DNA of 64,000 bases from Cyanophyceae cyanobacterium. Its GTDB lineage: Bacteria; Cyanobacteriota; Cyanobacteriia; Cyanobacteriales; Laspinemataceae. A model generated the notes under the pieces. The model was not told the origin of the DNA. It saw nothing but the letters and a program-made list of their open reading frames with translations, and did no database searches. Positions 9,373 through 18,851 of this stretch are shown in pieces; the first letter of the stretch is position 1; the number at the start of each line of letters is the position of its first letter. Both the position numbers and the translations under genes were made by a program. Location of the stretch: NCBI GenBank assembly GCA_038321985.1, contig JBBQFN010000011.1, forward strand, positions 84,751 to 148,750, written 5' to 3'.

Positions 9373-10737
9373 TCAAGGCAGAGAAACATAATCATATATT
9401 TTTTTATTAAATTCAGGAAATATTTTCGGGCTTTGATTGTCACCATAGTTAGGTTCTTCTTCTTTTAGAGCTAATCCGATGATCAACATTCCCGGCCAAT
9501 TTACATAACTTAGGATATCAAGTTCTTCACTCAGGGAAAAGAAAAGAAAAACCAACAATATTTTTAAAGCCACTCTTGCCGTTTCGTTTTTCTTAGCCTT
9601 ATAAGTTAATATGAGAAAGGTACAGAGCAAAGGCACTGCAATTGCGACCAGACCCACTAATCCTTTTGTGTAAAGAACATTTACCCAGGTCCCACAGCCC
9701 GATGTGCCAATAGGATAAAAAAACGTATAGGGGGTTCCTCTTTCCGGTGTAAATCCATGCCCCCAGATTCGCGCTTCCTCCCACCACTTAGTTAAAGACA
9801 GTTTAACTAAATCAAATCGGAGCTTAGAAGAACTTGCTCTCGATTGGTTCATCCGAGTAATAAAATCTTTACCTGAACTCATCAGAGTTGAAGCAAAAAT
9901 ACCTGTTAAAAAGCTCCCCGAACCTGCTGTAAAATATAAAATAGGCCGGTCAAAATTAGTCAAAATCCAGGTAATGATTATAACTAGAGGAAGCGAAATA
10001 AAAGCCATGCGAGATAGGGAACCAAAAACCATGACTAAAGAACCAATAGTCCCAATCATTCTCCACTTTTTGTGAGTTTCTAGACGAGCTAAAAAAAAGT
10101 ATATAATCCCAATCGTAGCTAAATTAGGGGCCCACGGTGCAAACAATGCTAGGCGGGGTTGACCACTTTCCTCATCGAAAAAGTACAACAGCACCGTGTA
10201 AAAATCCTTAGACCCCCCCCCAATCAAATAGAAGGGAACCGTGTAAAGTTTTCCCGATGGTAAACGAGCCAGATATGCCAGATAACAGAAGCCGCTAACC
10301 ACTAAACTTTGCAAGCCCATTATACAGACGCCTCGGTAAAGCAAGCGCGGTCGAATATTCAGGCAAGCAACCAGGGGGAATATGGCCCATAGCGCCCACT
10401 CTTTACCCCACTTGATTAAAGATTTAATGAGCCGACCTAGCCCTGCGCTAAAATCGATATGAGAAGTAATTAAAGCAATAACCATCAAAGAAATAAACGC
10501 AACCCATATCCAGGCAATGATTGGAATTTTAATTTTTTCTTCTTCTGGAGTATCTACGTTCTGGTTCCATAGTTTTTTAAATAAGTAAAATAAAAGAACC
10601 CAAGCCATTACAGGAAACACGATAGGCTGTGCTCCCAATAAATAAAAGGCATAAGTCCCCAGCAGCCCGTACCAAATGACCCGTTCTTCAAAATTTTGAG
10701 GCTTGATTATTTCGGAGGAACTGCTTTGTTTTTTCAT
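9373..10737 (-). CDS. Second O-antigen ligase / Wzy-family protein
   Basis: Collinear with 2032..3333 (KPQN, FAPWAP, SLSR, RASSS, IWGHG); polytopic membrane protein. Confidence 0.8.
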   Translation of the reverse strand: MKKQSSSSEIIKPQNFEERVIWYGLLGTYAFYLLGAQPIVFPVMAWVLLFYLFKKLWNQNVDTPEEEKIKIPIIAWIWVAFISLMVIALITSHIDFSAGLGRLIKSLIKWGKEWALWAIFPLVACLNIRPRLLYRGVCIMGLQSLVVSGFCYLAYLARLPSGKLYTVPFYLIGGGSKDFYTVLLYFFDEESGQPRLALFAPWAPNLATIGIIYFFLARLETHKKWRMIGTIGSLVMVFGSLSRMAFISLPLVIIITWILTNFDRPILYFTAGSGSFLTGIFASTLMSSGKDFITRMNQSRASSSKLRFDLVKLSLTKWWEEARIWGHGFTPERGTPYTFFYPIGTSGCGTWVNVLYTKGLVGLVAIAVPLLCTFLILTYKAKKNETARVALKILLVFLFFSLSEELDILSYVNWPGMLIIGLALKEEEPNYGDNQSPKIFPEFNKKIYDYVSLP

Positions 10738-10963
10738 GATCAGCTTAAAATGCTACCCTTTTTAATAATCTTTGTTCGTAAAATATTAGACTTGTTGGAT
10801 AAATCTCTGAAGCCTCTCTTAATAAATAAAAAGGGTGAGGAGAACAATCGAGAATCTTGAAAGAGGTCTACTTTACCAACCTGGAATTTTCTTTGCTGGG
10901 TTAAATCGAGAATTTTAATACTGACGATAGAAGGATTAGACCAATCAATCAGGGAGTATTCTT

Positions 10964-12070
10964 TTACGCCCATGAAAACATTTTTATTAACCAGTTAATC
11001 CAGGGGTGATACCTCTCCACCACCGGAGTCTCAAGGGGAAGCGTTCCTATCTTTTCATCTCTTTTTTCTGTTAAATAATCTTTTACAAAACCTCCCATTT
11101 CATTTTCTCCAACTCTTAAATTCCAATTTGCATCAAACATTTCTGGCTCCCAATCATAATCTGCAACCCAAGAAGTCCAACTTAAATTATGCTCTTCTAA
11201 TTTATTTTTTATAGCTATTCCATAATTTGAAATTGTCCCACTGGTTATTTTTCCTGAATCTTTTCTAAACCCCCATTCGGTCACGAAGAGGGGAATTTTA
11301 TCTGCCGTATTAAACATCCAAGTGTCCCAATGGCGTTGTTCGAGTCCCGGATAAATATGAGCTACATAGACGATATTTTTACCATCAATGGGATTTTCTG
11401 GAGCATCAAACAAATGCTGAGCATAGTGAGGTGCTCCGACTAAAATTAAATTTCTAGGAGCATAATCCTGGATCAAATTGACCCAAGGTTGAACGATACT
11501 TTTCCACTCCTCCCAACTCATATCTGTCTTATTTTCATTAAAAACTTCAAACATGATATTGGGGTAATCTTTATATTTGGAAGCGATATCAGACCAGAAA
11601 GCCCGAGTTTCCCTATCTAACTCCCTGGGGTCGTCCACATAATGCCAATCGATAATACAATAAATATTTTTTTCTACGCATTTTTCAACGGCGGGTCTGA
11701 TGTATCGTTGATCGTATCGGTTGGGATTAGTATTGTAACCAAGTTTCCAGATGGGATATACGGGTAATCGAATTACGGTCGAGTACCAACCCTTCTCTCG
11801 GTCCGTTAGCATCTCGATTAGTTCTGTAGCTGACTTTCCTGCTCCCTCTCTATAGTCATTAAGGGCTATATCCGGAAGTGATACCCCTCGCAAAACTACT
11901 TTATTCCCCTTTGGATCTTTGATATGTATCCCTTCAACATGGAGCCAAGGAGTGCTCTCCACGGCTCCTAGGTTAGAATGAATCGCTGAAAATACTACTG
12001 TTACAAAAAAAATAGTACAAAAAAAAGTAGTAATAAAAAATTTTAGTGTGGAACTGTTCAAAAAAAGCAT
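10964..12070 (-). CDS. Glycoside hydrolase family 5 (cellulase-like), secreted/membrane-anchored
   Basis: 'IRLPV', 'IIDWH', 'FEVFNE' acid/base, 'HIY', 'VTEWG' nucleophile; N-terminal hydrophobic signal; AAGGAG RBS. Confidence 0.85.
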   Translation of the reverse strand: MLFLNSSTLKFFITTFFCTIFFVTVVFSAIHSNLGAVESTPWLHVEGIHIKDPKGNKVVLRGVSLPDIALNDYREGAGKSATELIEMLTDREKGWYSTVIRLPVYPIWKLGYNTNPNRYDQRYIRPAVEKCVEKNIYCIIDWHYVDDPRELDRETRAFWSDIASKYKDYPNIMFEVFNENKTDMSWEEWKSIVQPWVNLIQDYAPRNLILVGAPHYAQHLFDAPENPIDGKNIVYVAHIYPGLEQRHWDTWMFNTADKIPLFVTEWGFRKDSGKITSGTISNYGIAIKNKLEEHNLSWTSWVADYDWEPEMFDANWNLRVGENEMGGFVKDYLTEKRDEKIGTLPLETPVVERYHPWINWLIKMFSWA

Positions 12071-13043
12071 AACTCTCCTTTATCACATCAGCCAATCTTG
12101 GGATTTGGTAAAATAAAGCTCTATTTCTTATTTTTGATATTTAATGTTTGGGCGGTTTGAGTATAAAAGGGTGGTCCCTAGATTGCCTCTCTATACTTTA
12201 GAAAATTCAAGCGGTGTCCCATCAAATTCATCCCTAAAAACGATTTAAAAATATGGTGAAGCCAGTTTGTTACCCAGGATATTTTCTTTACTAAATTTTG
12301 GAAATATAAAAATTATTAAATTACTATTTAGCGCATATTATTTTTTTAATTCAGTTGGGAGCGTAAAAATAAGTAGTCATGAGAAATAAGTTGTTTTTCC
12401 TGAATCTCTCAACGCCTTGTCTAGACAATTTCTGAGGATGCCTTTATCTTTGTATTAGTGTTTAGTAAAATTCACAAATTTAACGTGATTTTCCTACGTT
12501 ATTTATCTTAATTTAGATCCCACTAAAAAATTAATGGCCCTCTTGAACGTCATTCTTTGAACACCAATAGTTAATCTTCCTAAGAAGATTGGATCACCCA
12601 TTGGCTTTCTGGGGAAAGCGTTTAGAGTTCCCTAACATGAATACAGCTTATGCTACGGCTTAGAGGCTTTGTATCTATCTCTAGATAGAGAGAAATATCT
12701 CTAAATAGATAGATGCGGAATTTGCAATCTGGTCTGTCCAACTCTTTTTTCCTTAAATGAGTGACCGCGCCTGATTAGGACCCTCTACCTCAAAACTACC
12801 TATGGAATTAGTGAGGATGTCAAGCTACGCTTGACTCATACTTTTTTTGATAAGCATTCGCTGTCTAGCTGATGGGGCTGTGGTAAGTTGTCAATTCAGG
12901 TTGCCTGTACTCACAGGTTAAAATGGAGATATAATCCTCACCCAGGCAAGGTGGGGCTACCTAGAATAAGCCCTATGAGCTGGTTTTTAAAGGTTTCTAG
13001 GAACTGGATTGAGTATAGAGGCCCACTGCAAACTTTCTCAGAT

Positions 13044-14150
13044 ATGACTATGTTTGACCATTGGTTTAAAAACAAGATTCAGACTTCTATTTTAGCCGGT
13101 ACTGCGATCGCAATGGCAGTATCCGCTAGTGCGATCGCCATCGGTTCCTTCGCCCTGGAAAACCGCGATCGCTTGGCCCAAAACCCAGGCAAATTTGAAG
13201 TTAAAAATAGTAAAATTTATGCCCCAGACGGCTCCGAATTTCTGATTAAAGGAACCAATATAAATGGTCCTGATTTTGGGTGGCCTGGAGATACGCCTAG
13301 CTATATAGATTTAGTCGCCGACTGTTGGAACTTTAACACCGTTCGAGTCAATATCCGACTCTTAGGCGGTCAAGAATCTTACGAAGAAAATGGAACCCTT
13401 GAAGAGATAATTGACGTTTACACCGATCGCGGCTTGGTCACGATAGTAGAAACCCATGATCATACAGGGTCCTATTACGAAGGCGAAGAGTTAGAAATCC
13501 TCAAAGAGTTCTACCGGGACCTTGCCACGAACTATAAAAATAACCCTTATGTCTGGTTTAATGTCATGAATGAACCGGGGGGTCACGAGAGTAGCGCTAA
13601 TATCGATAAATGGTTGAAAGTTCATCAAGAAGTCATTAAAGTCATTCGCGATGAAGTCGGCGCAGACAATATTATCGTGATTGACGGGCATTACTGGGGT
13701 CAAGATGTGGGAGAGTGGAACTCTAAATCGGTTTCTTCCGAAAAAAGTGCCATTTTAGGACATTCTCAAAAACTCATGAACTTTAACGATAAACGCTACG
13801 ATAATTTAGTGTTTAGCGTTCATTTTTATGACCAGTGGAAATATTCAGAAACCAAAATGGCTGATTATTTAGACCAGGTAGCCGCTAAAAATATTCCCTT
13901 GATTATCGGAGAATATGGGGTCGAAAAAAATGCTGAATTTAAGTCTCCGGTTGAGTTTATGTTTAATACCGCAGTTCCCCGAAATATCGGACGAATCGTC
14001 TGGGCTTGGTGGGGTGGCGATAATTTTGAATTAACAACTACAGATAATGGGGGGGGTCATCATATTGATAGCTGTGAAAATCCCACTAATTTAACTTGGT
14101 TGGGTAAACAAGTGTGGAAAGATAATCATGGAGAATATCCCCGGAATTGA
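13044..14150 (+). CDS. Glycoside hydrolase family 5 (endoglucanase/mannanase-like)
   Basis: 'NTVR', 'ETHD', 'NVMNEP', 'FSVHFY', 'IIGEYG', 'WAW' motifs; signal peptide; start probably ATG 13044/13050 rather than TTG 12888. Confidence 0.85.
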   Translation: MTMFDHWFKNKIQTSILAGTAIAMAVSASAIAIGSFALENRDRLAQNPGKFEVKNSKIYAPDGSEFLIKGTNINGPDFGWPGDTPSYIDLVADCWNFNTVRVNIRLLGGQESYEENGTLEEIIDVYTDRGLVTIVETHDHTGSYYEGEELEILKEFYRDLATNYKNNPYVWFNVMNEPGGHESSANIDKWLKVHQEVIKVIRDEVGADNIIVIDGHYWGQDVGEWNSKSVSSEKSAILGHSQKLMNFNDKRYDNLVFSVHFYDQWKYSETKMADYLDQVAAKNIPLIIGEYGVEKNAEFKSPVEFMFNTAVPRNIGRIVWAWWGGDNFELTTTDNGGGHHIDSCENPTNLTWLGKQVWKDNHGEYPRN

Positions 14151-14167
14151 GCGAAATTAACTCAATC

Positions 14168-16339
14168 ATGAACAGGCAGTCCTGGGTTTTGAAGTGGGGG
14201 ACGTATTCTCAACGTGCAGCCGCACTTTTAGCCGTCGCTTTCTTACAACCGATAGCACTGAGTGGATGTGTTTCTCTGAAGGAAATGCAACCGCAGGCAT
14301 TACAAACCCAGTTTGCGCCGGGGTGGCATAACGTGGCGATCGGGGGAGGGGGTTATGTCACAGGTATCTATCTCCATCCGCAAGACGCTAACTTAGGATA
14401 TATCCGAACGGATATGGGAGGGTTTTATCGATGGAGTTCCACCGATACCCGGTGGATACCCCTCACCGATCGCTTTACTCGGTCCGAAAATGGTTACTAT
14501 GGCGGGGAAGCATTGGCATTGGACCCTAGTAATCCCGATATTGTGTATATTGCTGCCGGAAAATATTTATGGGGAGAACCGGGATCGATTTTTAAGTCCA
14601 GCGATCGCGGTCAAACGTGGGTCCCGTCGGATCTGCGGCTGCCGATGGGGGGAAATGAAGAAATGCGCGGGGCGGGAAATCGCTTGGTAGTCAGTCCCCA
14701 TGACTCGAATTTGTTATTATTTGGGTCCCGGCAAAATGGCTTGTGGCGATCGCTAGATGCCGGAATGACCTGGAACCCCGTCCCCGGTTTTCCTACCCCT
14801 TCCCACTCAAAAATTGGCATTCTGGCGATCGCTTTCGACCCCAACCATGCCAGCCAAATTTATGCCAGCGTTTACGGCGATTCTTTATATGAATCCACCG
14901 ATGGCGGAAACACCTGGAATCCCCTGCCCAAAAGTCCCTCTCATGCCTTTAAATTAGCCGTCGCCTCCGATAGCACGCTCTACATTACCCATGCCCAAGG
15001 AGTCAGTAAATATTTCCAAAAAAGCTGGCAAGACATCACTCCTCCAAAAAGCCCTTTTCTTCGCTTAATTCGTTCGGAAACTCCTCCCTTTAATGGATTA
15101 AGTATTCATCCCCAAAAACCCCAAGAACTGATAGTCAGTCACGGCGATACTAGCGCCACTAAACTTTATCATTCCCGCGATGGCGGATTGAGTTGGACTG
15201 AAAGAAAATCTAAACTTAATAATACCGTTCCCTGGTGGCCGGATGACTATTTTAGTAATCATCTTTCTGCCCTGGAATTTGACCCAATCGTTCCGGGTCG
15301 AGTTTGGTTATCCGATTGGTATGGTGTCTGGAAAACCGATAATTTTAACGAGAGTTGGCCGGTTTGGACGAACTATACTCAAGGTCATGAACAGTTAGTT
15401 ACGTTTGACCTAGTGGCTCCACCTACGGGGGCCTTAATCTTAAGTGCCGTCGCCGATGTAGAGGGATTTTATCACCCCCGGTTAGATCAGTTTCCCTCCC
15501 AAGGGTTCGGGTCTAATCGCGGATCTTTTCAAGACACTTATAGCATCGATTATGCAGCAAAATTTCCTCAAAATTTAGTCCGAGTGGGTGGCGATCGCTG
15601 GAATTCTCGTTATGGCGGTGCCACCTCCCAGAATGGCGGTTTGACTTGGCGGAGATTCTCCCAATTTCCCGAAGAAATAATGCCCATGCGGGTTGCAGTT
15701 TCGGCAACTAATCCCGAGAAATTTATCGTTACCCTCAGTAATAGGCAAGCAATCCAAACCCAAAATAATGGTCAGTCCTGGCAATCGGTCCAAGGGTTAC
15801 CCGATAGTATTAAAGGCCCTTGGAAATGGTCTCAACCTTTGGCGGCTGATTCGGTCAATGGAAATCGATTTTATTATTACGATGAAGGCATGGTTTATCA
15901 GAGTCAAGATGGCGGTTTATCCTTTGCTCCAGTATATCAAAATCTGCCCCAAGCTGACTGGAATTTTCTAAAAACAATGCCGGGAGTAGAAGGAGAGGTT
16001 TGGGTAAGTTTAGACAAAGAAGGATTATATCGATCGCCCAATGGGGGACGCAGTTTTTCCAAGGTAAAAGGAGTTGAACAGGCTTATTTATTTGCTTTTG
16101 GAAAAGCTGCCCCTAGAATGGAAGTTCCCGCCCTTTATTTATATGGGAAAGTAGCCGATCGCCGCGAGAGTATTTTTTGGTCTCCGGATTTAGGAGAAAC
16201 TTGGATTGACATCGGCGATCGCGATACTCCCATTGGCAATCAACCTAATGTTATGGAAGCCAGTAAACAGCAGTTTGGCTTAGTGTTTGTGGGAACTAAT
16301 GGCCGAGGGATTTATTACCGTGCGATCGACGCTCACTAA
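14168..16339 (+). CDS. GH74-like xyloglucanase/endoglucanase (double beta-propeller, BNR repeats), probable lipoprotein
   Basis: 'GGGGYVTGI..HP...YIRTDMGG' GH74 N-terminus, second Asp in 'SAVADVEG', many SxDGGxTW Asp-box repeats, C-terminal 'VFVGTNGRGI'; lipobox-like LSGC. Confidence 0.82.
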   Translation: MNRQSWVLKWGTYSQRAAALLAVAFLQPIALSGCVSLKEMQPQALQTQFAPGWHNVAIGGGGYVTGIYLHPQDANLGYIRTDMGGFYRWSSTDTRWIPLTDRFTRSENGYYGGEALALDPSNPDIVYIAAGKYLWGEPGSIFKSSDRGQTWVPSDLRLPMGGNEEMRGAGNRLVVSPHDSNLLLFGSRQNGLWRSLDAGMTWNPVPGFPTPSHSKIGILAIAFDPNHASQIYASVYGDSLYESTDGGNTWNPLPKSPSHAFKLAVASDSTLYITHAQGVSKYFQKSWQDITPPKSPFLRLIRSETPPFNGLSIHPQKPQELIVSHGDTSATKLYHSRDGGLSWTERKSKLNNTVPWWPDDYFSNHLSALEFDPIVPGRVWLSDWYGVWKTDNFNESWPVWTNYTQGHEQLVTFDLVAPPTGALILSAVADVEGFYHPRLDQFPSQGFGSNRGSFQDTYSIDYAAKFPQNLVRVGGDRWNSRYGGATSQNGGLTWRRFSQFPEEIMPMRVAVSATNPEKFIVTLSNRQAIQTQNNGQSWQSVQGLPDSIKGPWKWSQPLAADSVNGNRFYYYDEGMVYQSQDGGLSFAPVYQNLPQADWNFLKTMPGVEGEVWVSLDKEGLYRSPNGGRSFSKVKGVEQAYLFAFGKAAPRMEVPALYLYGKVADRRESIFWSPDLGETWIDIGDRDTPIGNQPNVMEASKQQFGLVFVGTNGRGIYYRAIDAH

Positions 16340-16359
16340 ACCTTTATCTACTTTTGCTG

Positions 16360-17034
16360 TTACCGTTGATCAGCACTCGCAACTGATCGTGCCTTTCCAG
16401 TTTTTTGGCGACGTTTCAGGAGTAATGCACCGACAAAACCGAGGGCGACTGCGGCGGAGGGTTCCGGAACCGATTCCGATTCCATCACTGGGGTTTGAAT
16501 CATAGTAAAACCCGGGGGTCCCAGGTATCCGTCCCCATACCTCGCACTCATCTCACAAGCCTGAAATTTACAAGCGCTCAAAGGCAAGCCCGCTGGTGCT
16601 TTTATGTATCCCGTAAAAATATCTGTGAAACGCGGCTCCGTATCATTTAGGAGCCATAGGTATAAGCCGTACTCCGTGATTCCAAAAAGAGAAAGTTCCC
16701 CCTTCAATGGCTCTAAGCTGCCCCCCCCTGACAATTTAAAATCCGTTACAACCTCCGGGACCACCGTAGCCCGGGTTATGCTGTCGAAATAACCGGGCGC
16801 TGTAGTGTATTCTCCATCAATGAAAAACGTATTACGTGGAGAAGAAACAATGGTATCGAAAATTCCATCAGCGAGGGTATATTCAATTTCAAAGTTCTTA
16901 AAAACGATAGACTCTAAAAGGGTCGCTTTAAAAGTCAACCCCTGTGCCGGAGCTGCATTTAGCACTCCCATTGAACTAAAAAGGGCGACGAAAAAGGTCA
17001 AAATTCGGGGCGTTTTAAAGAGTAGTTTGGGCAT
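16360..17034 (-). CDS. PEP-CTERM sorting domain surface protein (array copy 1)
   Basis: Signal peptide; C-terminal VPEPS + TM + basic KRRQK. Confidence 0.88.
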   Translation of the reverse strand: MPKLLFKTPRILTFFVALFSSMGVLNAAPAQGLTFKATLLESIVFKNFEIEYTLADGIFDTIVSSPRNTFFIDGEYTTAPGYFDSITRATVVPEVVTDFKLSGGGSLEPLKGELSLFGITEYGLYLWLLNDTEPRFTDIFTGYIKAPAGLPLSACKFQACEMSARYGDGYLGPPGFTMIQTPVMESESVPEPSAAVALGFVGALLLKRRQKTGKARSVASADQR

Positions 17035-17189
17035 AATATGTTCCTATTATTTAGTGAGTCAATTGGGTTTTTGATGAGCGGATTTTTCGAGCTTTGTATT
17101 CACGAGAAACTAGGAGTGAGATTGGCGATCGCGAGATTCTGATAAAAAATCAATCCAAAGACCCAATTGTACAGTTTTCATCCCTGCCT
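17035..17189. repeat. Repeated intergenic spacer with long inverted repeat (copy A)
   Basis: 155 bp, near-identical to 17871-18025; arms CAATTGGGTTTTTGA (17060-17074) / CCAAAGACCCAATTG (17155-17169). Confidence 0.8.
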
Positions 17190-17870
17190 TTACTGTTGAA
17201 CAGCAGTCGCCACAGGTTGTGCCTTTCCAGTTTTTCGATGACGTTTCAAGAGGAATGCACTGACAAAACCGAGGGCGACTACAGCTGAAGGTTCAGGAAT
17301 GGGTTTGTGTTCTTCAGGGACTGGGGTTTGAGTCAGGCGAACACTGTAGTATGCGGCCTCCCGAAAGTTTGCCGAGGCATCACAAGCCCTTGTTTTACAG
17401 GCACTCAAAGGCAGTCCCTCTGGTGCTTGTATCGTTGATATAAAAACATCTCGATACTGTGCTTGACTTGGGTTTAGGATCTGGAGGGACAATCCGTCCT
17501 GTGTGATTCCAAAAATAGACTGCTCAAAAGACTTTTCAAACTCAACTGGATTTGAGGCCCCTCCCCTAATCCATTTAAACCCGGTTACGACTTCGGGGAC
17601 AACAGTTATAGTTCGGTTTGGGTCTTCATTGAAATCTGAATATCCATCGGTGAAAAAGGTATTAAGGGGGGACGAAACGATGGTATCGAAAATTCCATCA
17701 GCAAGGGTATATTGAATTTTACTGTTTTCTAAATAGGGATCGGAAGATCCGTAAATCGTGCCTTGAAATGTGAGGCCATTTGCCGGGGTTGCACTCAGCG
17801 CTCCCATGGAAGTCGCAAGAGCAACAAAAATGGCAAAGTATGGGGGAGTGTTCAAGAATAGTTTAGGCAT
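17190..17870 (-). CDS. PEP-CTERM sorting domain surface protein (array copy 2)
   Basis: Signal peptide; IPEPS + TM + KRHRK; paralog of neighbours. Confidence 0.88.
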   Translation of the reverse strand: MPKLFLNTPPYFAIFVALATSMGALSATPANGLTFQGTIYGSSDPYLENSKIQYTLADGIFDTIVSSPLNTFFTDGYSDFNEDPNRTITVVPEVVTGFKWIRGGASNPVEFEKSFEQSIFGITQDGLSLQILNPSQAQYRDVFISTIQAPEGLPLSACKTRACDASANFREAAYYSVRLTQTPVPEEHKPIPEPSAVVALGFVSAFLLKRHRKTGKAQPVATAVQQ

Positions 17871-18025
17871 AATATGCTCCTATTATTTAGTGAATCAATT
17901 GGGTCTTTGATGATCAGATTTTTCGCGCCTTGAATTCAGAAAAAACTAGGAGGGAGATTGGCGATCGCTAGATTTTGATAAAAAATCAATTCAAAGACCC
18001 AATTGTACAGTTTTCATCCCTGCCT
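17871..18025. repeat. Repeated intergenic spacer with perfect 15-bp inverted repeat (copy B)
   Basis: CAATTGGGTCTTTGA (17896-17910) / TCAAAGACCCAATTG (17991-18005). Confidence 0.8.
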
Positions 18026-18700
18026 TTACTGTTGATCCGGAGTCGCAACAGGTTGTGTGCTGAGAGTTTTTCGATGACGTTTCAAGAGGAATACACTCAC
18101 TAAACCGAGGGCGACTGCGGCTGAAGGTTCTGGAACGGATTCAGGCACGGGTGTGATAATCATCCGGGAACCGTAGAATCCGCCTTTACCCCCAAAGTCG
18201 GCAGAGGCATCACAAGCCTGGGTTTTACAAGCGCTTAAAAGTAGTCCCTCCGGGGCTTTTATGGTTGACATAAAAATATTCTGATAAATCGGAGGTTGGC
18301 TCACATCTAAGAGTTGGAGGAATAATCCGTCCTCGGTGATTCCAAAAAGAGAAAGTGGAATATCCACTGGCTCTAAGCTACCTCCCAGTGTCCATTTAAA
18401 ATCCGTTACGACCTTGGGGACAAGGGTTGCAAGGCTCATCGGTAGGGTGGGCGGGGGTCCGAAAGTGTAATCTCCATCAATGAAAAAAGTATTGGGCGCG
18501 GAAGCAAGAATGGTATCTAAAATCCCATCGGCGAGGGTATATTCAATTTGAAGTCCCTCTAAAGCGGGAAACCAAGTTTCGTAAATTGTGCCTTTAAATG
18601 TTGCTGCATTTGCTGGAGTTCCAATCAGCACGCCCATTGAACTGATAACAGCAGCGGAGAGAGCAACTACTCCGGGACGGGTGAAGAAAAATTGGGTCAT
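18026..18700 (-). CDS. PEP-CTERM sorting domain surface protein (array copy 3)
   Basis: Signal peptide; VPEPS + TM + KRHRK; GAGG RBS. Confidence 0.88.
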   Translation of the reverse strand: MTQFFFTRPGVVALSAAVISSMGVLIGTPANAATFKGTIYETWFPALEGLQIEYTLADGILDTILASAPNTFFIDGDYTFGPPPTLPMSLATLVPKVVTDFKWTLGGSLEPVDIPLSLFGITEDGLFLQLLDVSQPPIYQNIFMSTIKAPEGLLLSACKTQACDASADFGGKGGFYGSRMIITPVPESVPEPSAAVALGLVSVFLLKRHRKTLSTQPVATPDQQ

Positions 18701-18851
18701 AATAAGGTCCTCTTGTTTAATTTATCAGGGGGATATTTGATGAGAAAATGTTGCAGTTTAATTGAGGGTTTTTAGAAAGCTAGAGTCACGGGATTGAGAA
18801 GCGATCGCCCGTTAATCACAGGAGAGCAATAATTTACTCTCCCTGTTACCT

